Part shown: positions 10,186 through 20,506 of the stretch, piece by piece
Layout of the letters: each line of letters begins with the position of its first letter
Numbering within the stretch: position 1 is the stretch's first letter
Origin: Bacteroidales bacterium
Lineage (GTDB): Bacteria; Bacteroidota; Bacteroidia; Bacteroidales; VadinHA17
Assembly: GCA_035297425.1 (NCBI GenBank)
Contig: DATGYZ010000022.1
Location: forward strand, 25,228-89,227
Length of the DNA: 64,000 bases
Direction of reading: 5' to 3'
The notes under the pieces: generated by a model
The model's input: the letters and a program-made list of their open reading frames with translations, nothing else
The model's database searches: none
What the model was told of the DNA's origin: nothing
Made by a program: the position numbers and the translations under genes

Positions 10186-11148
10186 ATGATAGATTTAGCA
10201 GCCGGAATAGATATTGGTGGTACGAACACTGTTTTTGGCCTTGTTGATGCTCAGGGCAGAATCCATGGATCAGGAACGATAAAAACATCTTCTTTCAAAG
10301 ACGTTGAAGAATTTGTTTCAGCCTTATACAACAATATCAGTGAGGAAGCCCTGAGAAAAGGAAATGTGAGGTTGACAGGTTTTGGAATAGGTGCTCCTAT
10401 GGGGAATATCAACAAGGGAAGCATTGAACATGCTGCAGGCTTGCCATGGAAAGGGATAATTCATCTGGCCGATATCTTCAGAAAGCATACAGCTCTTCCT
10501 GTGATTGTAACAAATGATGCAAATGCTGCAGCAATTGGAGAGATGGTCTTTGGGGATGCAAAAGCAATGACTGATTTTATTGTTATAACACTTGGAACAG
10601 GATTGGGTAGCGGCATCGTTGTCAATGGCAGGCTTGTTTACGGGCATGATGGATTTGCAGGCGAGCTTGGTCACACTTCTGCTGGTCATGGATTCGCAGA
10701 TCGTGAATGCGGCTGTGGCAAAATGGGTTGTCTTGAAACATATGTTTCGGCAACAGGACTGAAAAGGACTCTGATACATCTTCTTGCTGATGATCTTCAG
10801 CAATGCAGCCTGAGGAATGTGAGTTTTAATGACCTTACATCTGAAATGATTTATAATGCAGCAACAGAAGGTGATAAGATTGCCATGGAAGCTTTCAGAC
10901 TTACAGGTAATGTACTTGGCGCCAGTCTTGCTGACTTTGTTGCCGTTACAAGCCCTGAGGCTATATTCCTTTTCGGAGGAGTTGCACGGGCCGGTAAAAT
11001 GCTCTTTGATCCTGTGCGTGAGAGCATGGAGATGAATTTATTAAATATTTACAGGGGAAAAGTAAAGCTGTTGCCATCAGGGCTTGAAGCAGGTAATGCT
11101 GCTGTTCTTGGTGCAGGTTCACTAGTGTGGTCGGGAAACCTGGTTTGA
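10186..11148 (+). CDS. ROK family sugar kinase (paralog of 7230-8189)
   Basis: GIDIGGT, NDANAAA, TLGTGLGSG, GELGH, CGCGKMGCLE. Confidence 0.92.
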   Translation: MIDLAAGIDIGGTNTVFGLVDAQGRIHGSGTIKTSSFKDVEEFVSALYNNISEEALRKGNVRLTGFGIGAPMGNINKGSIEHAAGLPWKGIIHLADIFRKHTALPVIVTNDANAAAIGEMVFGDAKAMTDFIVITLGTGLGSGIVVNGRLVYGHDGFAGELGHTSAGHGFADRECGCGKMGCLETYVSATGLKRTLIHLLADDLQQCSLRNVSFNDLTSEMIYNAATEGDKIAMEAFRLTGNVLGASLADFVAVTSPEAIFLFGGVARAGKMLFDPVRESMEMNLLNIYRGKVKLLPSGLEAGNAAVLGAGSLVWSGNLV

Positions 11149-11163
11149 TTTTAATTTTTAGAT

Positions 11164-11550
11164 ATGCCTAATTTCAGCAACATTCTTAACCACATCCTCG
11201 GAGCGGTATTCATTATTATTGTTTTTTCACTTGCCTATGCTTATCTCAAGCCTCATCTGCTCCACAAGCACAGACTTATCTCAACACTGCTTCTGAAGGT
11301 AAGCTACCTTCTATACCTGCTGGTACTTTTGTTTGTCATATATTTTTCGGCTCTTGTTAAAGGCGGACTTGAAACTGTATTTTTTGGGATAGAGTTCTTT
11401 GCTTTCCTGCTGGTTATATTTGTTCCTACTATTGGGATTTTTGCACGTAAGCTGGGTCAGTTCAGTAAAAAGAGGGATGGCTACAATTATTTCTTCACGG
11501 TTGTAAATATTTTCTCTGTTGTAGCATTATTGCTGATGTATTTCATATAA
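11164..11550 (+). CDS. Hypothetical membrane protein (about 4 TM)
   Basis: Hydrophobic ORF, co-oriented and closely spaced with neighbours. Confidence 0.7.
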   Translation: MPNFSNILNHILGAVFIIIVFSLAYAYLKPHLLHKHRLISTLLLKVSYLLYLLVLLFVIYFSALVKGGLETVFFGIEFFAFLLVIFVPTIGIFARKLGQFSKKRDGYNYFFTVVNIFSVVALLLMYFI

Positions 11551-11656
11551 AAAATTGAAATGATCATACATATATGTAAAAAGCTTAATGTTCCTTTGTG
11601 GAATAAAATATATTTGATACTTAACAATCAAGGTTATTAATTTAAACACATCTGCT

Positions 11657-13309
11657 ATGATACCTGAAAGATTAATAGGATATATTGAGCAAAGTATCAG
11701 GAAAAACTGGGATATTGAGGCTCTTTCAAACTACCGTGAAAAAGGCTATACCTATCGTGAGATAGCAGAGAAGATACTAAGGCTTCACATGCTTTTCAGG
11801 GAAGCAGGTATCGTGGAAGGTGATAAGATAGCACTTGTAGGAAGGAACTCGGCTAACTGGTGCGTAATGTACCTTGCAACTGTATCGTATGGAGCAGTAA
11901 CTGTTCCTATTCTTCCTGATTTCAAGCCTGAAGACCTTACAAACATTATTATTCATAGTGATTCAAAGCTACTGTTTGTAGATGATAAGATCTATGACTC
12001 GCTTGATATCACAAAAATGCCTGACATTTCCGGTGTATTCTCCCTTGACGATTTCAGACTGATAAGGGCTGTAAGCATGAAGATAAAAGACCTGTTTGCT
12101 GTTCTTGACCAGGAATTTAAAAAAGCATATCCTTCAGTTAAGCCTGAGGATGTCAGATTTTCGGCGATTACAAACGATAAGGTGGCGGTGATAAGCTATA
12201 CTTCGGGAACAACAGGTTTCTCGAAAGGAGTGATGATAACCCATAACAGTCTTGCTGCCAATGTCAGGTTTGCCCAGAACAACATGCCTCTGGAACCCGG
12301 AGATCCTATTGTTTCATTCCTTCCACTGGCACACACATACGGATGCGCCTTCGAATTTCTTTTCCCTTTCACAATCGGCTGCCACATAACAATACTTTCA
12401 AAAACTCCATCACCACAAATTATTATACAGGCATTCAAAGAAATCAGGCCAAGACTTATACTTTCGGTGCCTCTTGTAATTGAAAAAATATTCAAAAAGC
12501 AGCTTCTGCCTGTAATTACAAAACCTTCAATGAAGGTTCTTCTTGCAATACCCGGTGTAAACATAATCCTGCATAAGAAGATCAGGGCAAAGCTTGAAGA
12601 GACTTTTGGCGGGAGGTTCCGCGAGCTTGTCATAGGCGGAGCAGCATTCAACGCAGATGCTGAGAAATTCTTCAGAAAGATAAAATTCAGATTTTCTGTA
12701 GGTTATGGCATGACTGAATGCGGTCCATTGATCAGCTATGCATCGTGGGATACAACAAAGCCCGGAGCTTCAGGCCGGTCTGTTGATACTCTGGAGGTAA
12801 CAATAGATTCTCCTGATCCCCAGAATATAGTAGGTGAGATAATCCTCAGAGGAGAAAACGTAATGGCGGGCTACTATAAAAATGAAAAGGCAACCCGGGA
12901 GATGATAGACGAAGAGGGTTGGATGCATACTGGCGACCTGGGCGTAATTGATAAGGAAGGGAACATATATATAAAAGGCCGCAGCAAATCGATGATACTC
13001 GGTCCATCCGGCAAGAATATCTATCCTGAGGAGATTGAGGCAGTTATCAATAATAAGGATTATGTAGTTGAATCGGTTGTTATCCCCGAGAATGAAAAGC
13101 TTGTAGCTCTTATCTATCCTGATTTTGAACTCATGAAGCAGAATAATATTACTGAAGAACAGTTGATGGAGATTTTTGACACTTACAAGAAAGAGGTCAA
13201 CGACAGGTTACCTGACTTCATGAATGTCAGCAAATTCCGGATCCACAGGGAAGAGTTTGTAAAGACACCTAAGCGCAGCATTAAAAGATTCCTTTATACG
13301 AAAGAGTAA
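11657..13309 (+). CDS. Long-chain fatty acid--CoA ligase (AMP-binding enzyme)
   Basis: YTSGTTGFSKG, GYGMTE, WMHTGDLG, IKGRSK. Confidence 0.9.
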   Translation: MIPERLIGYIEQSIRKNWDIEALSNYREKGYTYREIAEKILRLHMLFREAGIVEGDKIALVGRNSANWCVMYLATVSYGAVTVPILPDFKPEDLTNIIIHSDSKLLFVDDKIYDSLDITKMPDISGVFSLDDFRLIRAVSMKIKDLFAVLDQEFKKAYPSVKPEDVRFSAITNDKVAVISYTSGTTGFSKGVMITHNSLAANVRFAQNNMPLEPGDPIVSFLPLAHTYGCAFEFLFPFTIGCHITILSKTPSPQIIIQAFKEIRPRLILSVPLVIEKIFKKQLLPVITKPSMKVLLAIPGVNIILHKKIRAKLEETFGGRFRELVIGGAAFNADAEKFFRKIKFRFSVGYGMTECGPLISYASWDTTKPGASGRSVDTLEVTIDSPDPQNIVGEIILRGENVMAGYYKNEKATREMIDEEGWMHTGDLGVIDKEGNIYIKGRSKSMILGPSGKNIYPEEIEAVINNKDYVVESVVIPENEKLVALIYPDFELMKQNNITEEQLMEIFDTYKKEVNDRLPDFMNVSKFRIHREEFVKTPKRSIKRFLYTKE

Positions 13310-13372
13310 GATTCCTGCAACTGTTTTAATGTTTCAGATGTCATATTAAGGCAATACTAATTCAATCTTTAT

Positions 13373-14041
13373 ATGAAACTATATGCAGTTATAGTTGCAG
13401 GAGGAAGCGGAAAACGCATGGGTGCAGAAGTTCCCAAGCAGTTCCTTGAGCTTGGGGGCCGCCCTTTGCTTATGCATACGATCGAGAGGTTTAAATCATT
13501 TGACAGCTCCATAGAGATAATCACCGTATTGCCTGAAGATCAGATACGCCGCTGGATGGAATTGCAGGAGAAGTATTCTTTCAAAGTGCCGCAAACCCTT
13601 GTAAAGGGAGGATCTTCAAGATTCTATAGTGTGAAAAACGGACTTGAGTTTGTTGAATCGCCAGGGCTTGTTGCAATACACGACGGAGTACGTCCTTTTG
13701 TAAGCTCTGAAACTATCAAAAGATGCTTTGATACGGCAATGCGCCTTGGCAATGCCATTCCCGTCATACCTCCTTCTGATACTCTGAGGCTTATTTCGGA
13801 TGAGGCAAGCTCGCCACTCAACCGCCTGCATGTACGGCTTGTTCAGACGCCCCAGGTTTTTAATGCAGATCTTATAAGGGAAGCTTATAAGCAACCATTT
13901 TCGCCCGACTTCACTGATGATGCTATTGTCGTTGAACAGACAGGTGTGAAGATTAATCTTGTTGAAGGGAACAGGGAAAACATAAAAATAACAAACCCTG
14001 AAGACATGCTGATCTCGAATGCATTTCTTAGAAAATCCTGA
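13373..14041 (+). CDS. ispD: 2-C-methyl-D-erythritol 4-phosphate cytidylyltransferase
   Basis: AGGSGKRM..PKQF, HDGVRP, QTPQVF, TDDA, NIKIT. Confidence 0.93.
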   Translation: MKLYAVIVAGGSGKRMGAEVPKQFLELGGRPLLMHTIERFKSFDSSIEIITVLPEDQIRRWMELQEKYSFKVPQTLVKGGSSRFYSVKNGLEFVESPGLVAIHDGVRPFVSSETIKRCFDTAMRLGNAIPVIPPSDTLRLISDEASSPLNRLHVRLVQTPQVFNADLIREAYKQPFSPDFTDDAIVVEQTGVKINLVEGNRENIKITNPEDMLISNAFLRKS

Positions 14042-14130
14042 TCAGCTGCATTCGGAACATTACAGGTAAAGGGGAGCATTCCGTGTCTTTCAGGAATTTT
14101 GTATCTTGCATGTCATATAAATCCGGAGCC

Positions 14131-14889
14131 ATGAAAATTAAAATATCGATCATAACAGTATTACTGGTTTTCAGCATGGGCTGTGCAGAACTGATGAACA
14201 TTGTTCAGACTTCAGGAACTCTGCCTCTTACAGAAGCTGATGTCATTGCAGGCTTAAAAGAAGCGCTTTCGACGGGAGCAAGGAATTCCGCACAAAGGTT
14301 AGGTGCGGAAAACGGCTACTACAATGACGCTGCAATAAGGATACTTTTGCCTGATGATGCAAAAACAATTGTAGATAACATATCAAAATTGCCTGGCGGG
14401 CAAAAGCTTGTAGATGATGCGATCCTGAGGATCAACAGGGCAGCAGAAGATGCAGCCAGGGAAGCAGCCCCGATTTTTATCAACAGCATTACAAATATGT
14501 CCGTCGCTGATGCATTCGGGATACTTAGAGGTTCCGACAATGCAGCAACAGCCTACCTGCAGAAAACAACTTATAATGAACTTTACAACTTGTACAAGCC
14601 CAAAATAACAGCTTCTACCGAAAAAGATCTGGTAGGGGGAATATCAACAAAAGAATCGTGGGAGACTCTAACATCACGCTGGAATGCGTTTGCCGCTTCT
14701 ATGCCAGGAAAGATTGCCGGCATGAAGCCTGTAAATACTGACCTTGACGATTATCTTACAAACATGGCCCTTAAAGGAATGTTCTCCAAAATTGAGACCG
14801 AGGAACTCAGGATAAGGAAGGATGTTTCCGCAAGAGTAACTCCTCTTTTACAAAGGGTTTTCGGAAGCGCTGACAATACAACAAAATAG
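14131..14889 (+). CDS. DUF4197 family lipoprotein
   Basis: Lipobox SMGC, GLKEAL, NRAAEDAA, LQRVFG; start moved to the ATG that precedes the signal peptide. Confidence 0.82.
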   Translation: MKIKISIITVLLVFSMGCAELMNIVQTSGTLPLTEADVIAGLKEALSTGARNSAQRLGAENGYYNDAAIRILLPDDAKTIVDNISKLPGGQKLVDDAILRINRAAEDAAREAAPIFINSITNMSVADAFGILRGSDNAATAYLQKTTYNELYNLYKPKITASTEKDLVGGISTKESWETLTSRWNAFAASMPGKIAGMKPVNTDLDDYLTNMALKGMFSKIETEELRIRKDVSARVTPLLQRVFGSADNTTK

Positions 14890-14897
14890 AATTCCTT

Positions 14898-16028
14898 ATG
14901 GCAGAAAAGACAATCCTGAATTTTCATGGCCTTGAAGTAAGAGTTGCTGATGAGGCAACAAACGGAATAATTGATATACTTAATCATACAATCCAGGGAT
15001 CGGAAGGTGGATTGAGATTTTCACTTCAAAATGCAGCCACAAGAATCAGGGAATACGGTAAACATATAAGATTTCTTTCGCTCTACAGGAAAAACAAAAT
15101 TACAGGAACATGCGGAGCTTGCTTCAGGCTGACAGGCACCGGGAACATGCAATACCACACCACCTATATCCGTTACCTTGCTTTTCATCCCGTTTACCAG
15201 TCTTCAACAGACTGGAAGAAGAAGGAAAACAGGTCAGGTTCCAAGGCTGAACAGGCTGAAGACTCCTTTAAGAGACGCACACTTGACATTCTGAGTAAAC
15301 CATCGCTTCTTGATTACCCTGAGATAAAAGATACCGACAAGCATATAATGTATGCGTTTGTCGAAAGCATGAATGAACGGTCGAAGAACCTTGTGCACCA
15401 GGCCGGATTTGAATATATAAGGTCTTTTCTTACAGTTGCTTTCAGCAGGTTTTCACCAAAAACTGACAACAGGGTTTCGAAACTTAAGGCATCTGATTAT
15501 GGGAAGATGAGAACCATCCTGAAAGATCATTACAGGGATCATTCATTCTTCCATCTCAATAATTTCTTTCCCGAAACATGTTATGCACTCGAGGAGAACG
15601 GGCAGATTGCAGCTGCAGTGAGCGCTGTACCTGGACAGTATAAGATATATGACATGCCGGGTATATGGGGCTGGGTTATTATGAAAGTACTGCCAAGGAT
15701 GCCATATTTCAAACGTTTGTTCCAGCCTGGCCTTTTCAGGTACCTTGTTTTTGATTATATATATTGCCTGCCGGGCAGAGAAGAGCTTCTTGCACCTTTG
15801 TTTGAAACGGCTTGTGCCAGTGAAGGTTTCAATACTGCGCTTACGTGGATGGATGACAGGACTGATTTTTACGATAAGCTCCGCACTGAAGTTAAAATGG
15901 GTGCACTTAACAGGATGCTTAATGCAAAACCCGGACTTGTATATGCAAGGTTCATCAACTTCACTGAAGCAGATAAAGAGTCGTTTTATAATGCTCCTGC
16001 ATACGTTTCCGGTTATGACATGACCTGA
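14898..16028 (+). CDS. Hypothetical protein, possibly GNAT-like fold
   Basis: 376-aa ORF in operon; YIRYLAFHP and N..S..L....GF patterns weakly resemble acetyltransferases. Confidence 0.55.
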   Translation: MAEKTILNFHGLEVRVADEATNGIIDILNHTIQGSEGGLRFSLQNAATRIREYGKHIRFLSLYRKNKITGTCGACFRLTGTGNMQYHTTYIRYLAFHPVYQSSTDWKKKENRSGSKAEQAEDSFKRRTLDILSKPSLLDYPEIKDTDKHIMYAFVESMNERSKNLVHQAGFEYIRSFLTVAFSRFSPKTDNRVSKLKASDYGKMRTILKDHYRDHSFFHLNNFFPETCYALEENGQIAAAVSAVPGQYKIYDMPGIWGWVIMKVLPRMPYFKRLFQPGLFRYLVFDYIYCLPGREELLAPLFETACASEGFNTALTWMDDRTDFYDKLRTEVKMGALNRMLNAKPGLVYARFINFTEADKESFYNAPAYVSGYDMT

Positions 16029-16054
16029 AAGAAATTCAAGCAACATATAATGTA

Positions 16055-17518
16055 ATGAAAATGATTAAGATCTTCAGGGCAGCTTTTATGTTCATTGCTG
16101 CAACAATTGTTTTTTCAAATTGTGCCGTTAATCCTGTTACAGGAAAATCACAGATAATGCTTATGTCTGAGGCACAGGAAACAAAGATGGGGCAGGATTA
16201 TGATCCCCAGGTTGTATCGACCTTCGGATTATATCAGAATGATGCAGTGCTGAACTTCGTAAGCCAGAAAGGCAATGAGATGGGTAAGATCTCGCACAGG
16301 CCCAATCTTCAGTATAATCTGAAGCTCCTTGATTCTCCTGTTGTCAATGCATTTGCAGTTCCGGGAGGATATATTTATCTGACCCGTGGAATACTTGCAC
16401 AGCTTAATAATGAAGCTGAACTTATTGGCGTAATCGGACACGAGATGGGGCACGTTACTGCAAGACACTCAGCAAGCCAGCAGACAAAACAACAGCTTGG
16501 CCAGCTATTGCTGATCGGAGGCATGCTGGCATCTGAAAGGTTTGCCCAATATGCCAACCAGGCTATGCAGGGTATGCAGCTGCTATTCCTTAAATTCAGC
16601 CGTGATGATGAAAGGCAGGCTGATGCACTGGGGGTTGAGTATATGTCAAAGATAGGGTACGATGCCCACAGGATGGCTGACTTCTTCCAGGTGCTCAATA
16701 AAATGAGCATGGCACAAGATCATGGAGGAGTACCAACATTCATGTCAACACATCCTGACCCGGGTGACAGGTACAATTCAGTGAATAAGCTGGCATCATC
16801 ATGGCAGGACTCTTTAAAAAAGCCTGAGTGGGTAATTAATTCAGATGCTTATCTAAAAATGATAGATGGGATGATTTATGGTGATGATCCGCGACAGGGG
16901 TACACTGAAAGTAATATATTTTATCACCCGGAGCTTAAAATTAAGTTCTCTTATCCTGCAGGTTGGCAATTCCAGAACTCACCCATGCAGGTAGCAACAG
17001 CGCCTTCAGACGGAAAAGCAATGATTATCTTCACACTTGCAACCCAGAAAACAGCTGATGAAGCTTCAAAAGCTACTATTGCTGAGATAGGCCTTTCCCC
17101 CGTCGAGAGCAAAACTGTTTCAGTGAACGGGCTCAATGCACTTTCAGTTTTGTCAAAACAGGTTACAAAAGACCAGTCGGGACAGCAGCAGGTTAACCAG
17201 CTGCTTTCATACTACATAGAATATGCCGGTAAAGTATTTGTCTTCCATGGTGTTTCAACTGAAGCCGATTTTAAGGCATACCAGCCAATGATAGAGTCAA
17301 CACTTAACAGCTTTGCAGCCCTCACAGACCAGGCTAAGTTAAATGTAAAGCCAAGGAAGATAGTCATAAAAACCGTTACGACACCGGGTACCTTTGCACA
17401 GGTACTGACATCGTTTGGTGTTGCACAGCAACAAATGGCAGAACTTTCACTTCTCAATAATATTGAGTTGACAGCAAATGTTCAGCCCGGTAAACTGGTT
17501 AAAACAATCGGGCAATAA
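16055..17518 (+). CDS. M48 family zinc metalloprotease lipoprotein
   Basis: CAVNPVTGK, NAFAVPGG, HEMGH, SRDDERQAD, STHP. Confidence 0.92.
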   Translation: MKMIKIFRAAFMFIAATIVFSNCAVNPVTGKSQIMLMSEAQETKMGQDYDPQVVSTFGLYQNDAVLNFVSQKGNEMGKISHRPNLQYNLKLLDSPVVNAFAVPGGYIYLTRGILAQLNNEAELIGVIGHEMGHVTARHSASQQTKQQLGQLLLIGGMLASERFAQYANQAMQGMQLLFLKFSRDDERQADALGVEYMSKIGYDAHRMADFFQVLNKMSMAQDHGGVPTFMSTHPDPGDRYNSVNKLASSWQDSLKKPEWVINSDAYLKMIDGMIYGDDPRQGYTESNIFYHPELKIKFSYPAGWQFQNSPMQVATAPSDGKAMIIFTLATQKTADEASKATIAEIGLSPVESKTVSVNGLNALSVLSKQVTKDQSGQQQVNQLLSYYIEYAGKVFVFHGVSTEADFKAYQPMIESTLNSFAALTDQAKLNVKPRKIVIKTVTTPGTFAQVLTSFGVAQQQMAELSLLNNIELTANVQPGKLVKTIGQ

Positions 17519-17534
17519 TCCGGGCAGGCGGAAG

Positions 17535-18302
17535 CTATCTCTCGAACAGTCCTCCCAGGATTGAGCCAGCTTCCTTACCCCTGTTAGCACCAAAAGGGGC
17601 AAGAGTTCTGATAAGTTTCCTGATTGGCATTGACTGAAGCCAGACCCTTCCTGTCCCTCTCATTGTTGCAAGGAAGATACCTTCGCCTCCGAAGATCATT
17701 GTTTTGAGGCTACCTGATGCCTCTATGTCGAAGTCAAGAGATGGTTCGAAAGCTACCACGCAACCTGTGTCAATGCGAAGAATCTCATTATTGAGCTGTT
17801 TTTCGATTACAGTGCCGCCTGCATGAATGAATGCTTTGCCATCGCCCTCGAGTTTCTGGAGTATAAAGCCTTCGCCTCCCAGCAATCCTGATCCTATTCT
17901 CCTGTTGAGTGTTATTGATAGTTTTGTACCAAAAGCTGCACAAAGGAAGCCATCTTTCTGAACTATCAGTGAACCTCTTATCTGGCTGAGGTCGACTGGA
18001 ATGATGGTTCCGGGATATGGCGCAGCAAAAGCAATTTTTCTTTTGCCATAACCGGTATTTGTAAAATGGGTTATGAAAAGAGACTCTCCTGTAAGCAACC
18101 GGGAGCCTGCTTCAAAAAGCTTGCCCATCATTCCCTGGTTAGGTTGAGAGCCATCACCCATCTTTGTTTCAAAGGTTATTCCATCTTCCATGTAAACCAT
18201 TGTGCCTGCCTCAGCAATGACAGTCTCCCGGGGATCAAGTTCAACTTCTACGAACTGGATATCATCTCCGAATATCTTGTAATCAATTTCATGCGAAACC
18301 AT
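17535..18302 (-). CDS. TIGR00266/AIM24 family protein
   Basis: [36 protein letters not shown]. Confidence 0.9.
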   Translation of the reverse strand: MVSHEIDYKIFGDDIQFVEVELDPRETVIAEAGTMVYMEDGITFETKMGDGSQPNQGMMGKLFEAGSRLLTGESLFITHFTNTGYGKRKIAFAAPYPGTIIPVDLSQIRGSLIVQKDGFLCAAFGTKLSITLNRRIGSGLLGGEGFILQKLEGDGKAFIHAGGTVIEKQLNNEILRIDTGCVVAFEPSLDFDIEASGSLKTMIFGGEGIFLATMRGTGRVWLQSMPIRKLIRTLAPFGANRGKEAGSILGGLFER

Positions 18303-18388
18303 AAGATCAGATTTAATTTTACAGTTTCAAAGTTAAATAATCCGGCATTCCGCAGATCATTCAATGGCGATTTTAAGAAGGAATTTTA

Positions 18389-18724
18389 TTAAGACTGCGG
18401 ACCTTTCCTCTGTCCTCCACATCCCTGGCCATTCATCATACCCTGTCCATTCATCATACCTTGCCTGTTCATCATACCCTGTCCATTACATCCCTGGCGC
18501 ATACCGGTTTGACCGTTTTTACCATTTCCATTTCCATTGCGAAGACACTGACCATTGCTGTTTTTTCCCTGGTTATCGCAGATCCCATCCTTGTTTTCAT
18601 CGACATAGGCCGGGCAGTTTTCCTTGTTTTTTACCGGTTTGTCCTGGGTTTGTCCGTTCTGTGCTATTCCGGCTGAGGTAATTGCAAAAAACAGCATTCC
18701 TGCAAAAAATAATCTTGTTTTCAT
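18389..18724 (-). CDS. Small secreted Cys/Gly/Met-rich protein with DENKDGICD motif
   Basis: Signal peptide; last gene of the ECF operon. Confidence 0.75.
   Translation of the reverse strand: MKTRLFFAGMLFFAITSAGIAQNGQTQDKPVKNKENCPAYVDENKDGICDNQGKNSNGQCLRNGNGNGKNGQTGMRQGCNGQGMMNRQGMMNGQGMMNGQGCGGQRKGPQS
18423..18487. repeat. Imperfect 18-bp tandem repeat (about 3.6 copies) encoding QGMMN(G/R) units
   Basis: ccctggccattcatcata / ccctgtccattcatcata / ccttgcctgttcatcata / ccctgtccatt. Confidence 0.85.
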
Positions 18725-18755
18725 TTTTCTATAGTTTGAATTATTTTACCATTGT

Positions 18756-19307
18756 TTATTGAGCATTATGAATTTGCATTCCCGGACCTCTTCTTTCGCG
18801 CATATTCCTCCCTGGTCCGCCAACAGGTACTTCGCCTTCGAACATTTTTTCAAATACTGATCTCAGTTTTTCCTGTTGTGCGGGAGTGCAGATTTTTTTG
18901 AATTCAAGGTAATAGGCATAAGTTGCTTTTTTGAGTTCTGAATGAAGCGTGCCTATGGAATCTGATAACTGATCAAGATGCCTTATATCTGGATTTTTTG
19001 AATCGAGTTCAGCCAGCAACTGTTTCCTTTTATCAGAGAGGTCTATGTTTATCTGTCTCACCTTCTGCCTGAAGACCGGGTTAAACTCTGTAAACCGGTT
19101 CATCTGTTCACCGGTGAGCCCCAGTTCATCTCTGAACCACCGGCCGCTGTATGTCATTGAAGGGCCGTTCCCGGTAGTAGTTTCTGGTGACGTTCCTGCC
19201 TGTTTATTTTCCTCCTTTTTCAGGTACAAAATTGTCGCTATTGCTGAAACATTAAGTATAAGCAATAGTACCATTATCCATATGGGCCATCTGTTTTTCA
19301 TAGTCAT
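18756..19307 (-). CDS. Spy/CpxP-like periplasmic (heavy-metal sensor type) protein
   Basis: N-terminal anchor, ELGLTGEQ and CTPAQQ (LTxxQ) motifs. Confidence 0.78.
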   Translation of the reverse strand: MTMKNRWPIWIMVLLLILNVSAIATILYLKKEENKQAGTSPETTTGNGPSMTYSGRWFRDELGLTGEQMNRFTEFNPVFRQKVRQINIDLSDKRKQLLAELDSKNPDIRHLDQLSDSIGTLHSELKKATYAYYLEFKKICTPAQQEKLRSVFEKMFEGEVPVGGPGRNMRERRGPGMQIHNAQ

Positions 19308-19738
19308 TCAGCTGAAAGTACATCAAGAGACTCAATATTTCTGTCATTCATAAGGGATAGTTCCATCGGAACTGTTTTTTTATTACTCTTTCCATTAATG
19401 CTCCCGATAACCACTCCCGCAAATATTGCAGCAGCAACAGATATTGTAACTGCAACAGGCCTGAGGATCCTGATAACTGGTGAAGATGGTTGCTCTTTTG
19501 CATTTTCAATCCCGGTCATTATTCTGTCAGTAAGATAGAATCCCGGTTCAGAATTTTTTTCTTCAGCAATGATCCTGTCAGCAAGAAGATGTATATTAAA
19601 ATGTTCCCTGCATTTGCTGCATGAATCAAGGTGCTCCCGGAAACTGAGCCTTTCATCTGCTTCAAGCCTGCCCTCGATGTAATCATCGATTTTCTCCCTG
19701 CACTGCCTGCATTCCATTTTGCTTTTCATTTTATTCAT
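19304..19738 (-). CDS. Zinc-finger (zf-HC2) anti-sigma factor
   Basis: HLDSCSKC (HxxxCxxC) plus a single TM; directly after the ECF sigma; the true start may be a downstream ATG. Confidence 0.88.
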   Translation of the reverse strand: MNKMKSKMECRQCREKIDDYIEGRLEADERLSFREHLDSCSKCREHFNIHLLADRIIAEEKNSEPGFYLTDRIMTGIENAKEQPSSPVIRILRPVAVTISVAAAIFAGVVIGSINGKSNKKTVPMELSLMNDRNIESLDVLSAE

Positions 19739-19766
19739 TAGAAACGATCTATTAATAATTCCTGCG
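19739..19766 (-). promoter_or_regulatory. Candidate ECF promoter CGCAGG-N15-GTTTCTA upstream of the anti-sigma gene
   Basis: One of three copies with identical spacing. Confidence 0.65.
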
Positions 19767-19768
19767 GT

Positions 19769-20335
19769 TTAAAAATTCTTTTTTGTGGTGACAAGTTTTT
19801 CCCTGAGATTTCTTTTAGCCCTCTGGATCAGTGCTTCAACTGCGCTCTCTGAAGTATTCATTATCTGCGCAATTTCCTTTTGCGGCATGTCATCATACTT
19901 GCTGAGGATTATAGCAGTTCTCTGGCTCAAAGGAAGAGAGTCCAATGCTTTCTGAAGCCAGGCTGCATGTTCAGCTTTAATAAGGGTTTCTTCAGGATCT
20001 TCAGCAGTAGGAATAACGAAATTATTTTCATTTTCAGAGCTAAGGAAAGATGTAATCCTGGTGAAAATTGTGGCTTTGTTTTTCCGTGTATAGTTGAGGC
20101 ATGCGTTTACTGTTATCCTGTGAAGCCATGTTGAGAAAGATGAGTCACCCCTGAATTTTTCCAGCGACTTGAATGCATTGATAAATACTTCCTGTGTGAG
20201 ATCCTGAGATTCCTCCTTGTTATGAACGAAACCAATAACAATTCGAAAAACCGTTTGCTGATATCTTTCGACCAGAATTCTGAAATCATTCCGGTTACCC
20301 TTCAGAACAGAGTTTATTGCTTCAGAATCGGTCAT
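19769..20335 (-). CDS. ECF RNA polymerase sigma factor
   Basis: DLTQEVF, FSTWLHRITVN (region 2); region 4 EIAQIMNTSESAVEALIQRAK. Confidence 0.95.
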   Translation of the reverse strand: MTDSEAINSVLKGNRNDFRILVERYQQTVFRIVIGFVHNKEESQDLTQEVFINAFKSLEKFRGDSSFSTWLHRITVNACLNYTRKNKATIFTRITSFLSSENENNFVIPTAEDPEETLIKAEHAAWLQKALDSLPLSQRTAIILSKYDDMPQKEIAQIMNTSESAVEALIQRAKRNLREKLVTTKKNF

Positions 20336-20421
20336 AAGGTACGTAAGTTAACAAAAATGATGAGCAGCAACAATTTCTTCATCTTCTTTAGTTGAACAGG
20401 CAATCATTGAAATTTTCATAT

Positions 20422-20449
20422 TAGACACAAACAGCATTTATTTCCTGCG
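20422..20449 (-). promoter_or_regulatory. Candidate autoregulatory ECF promoter CGCAGG-N15-GTGTCTA
   Basis: Upstream of the sigma gene; same motif and spacing as 19739 and 26392. Confidence 0.65.
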
Positions 20450-20450
20450 C

Positions 20451-20481
20451 AAAAAAAAAGGTATCCGAACCAGGATACCTT
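20451..20481 (-). terminator. Intrinsic terminator of the 20507-21028 gene
   Basis: AAGGTATCC/GGATACCTT stem followed by a U-tract on the minus strand. Confidence 0.75.
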
Positions 20482-20506
20482 CTTTGCTTTCAAATAATAT
20501 TTTATT

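Noticed and set aside
18423..18487. Short repeat array as a possible CRISPR
   Set aside because: No spacers; in-frame 18-bp coding repeat; no cas genes in the window
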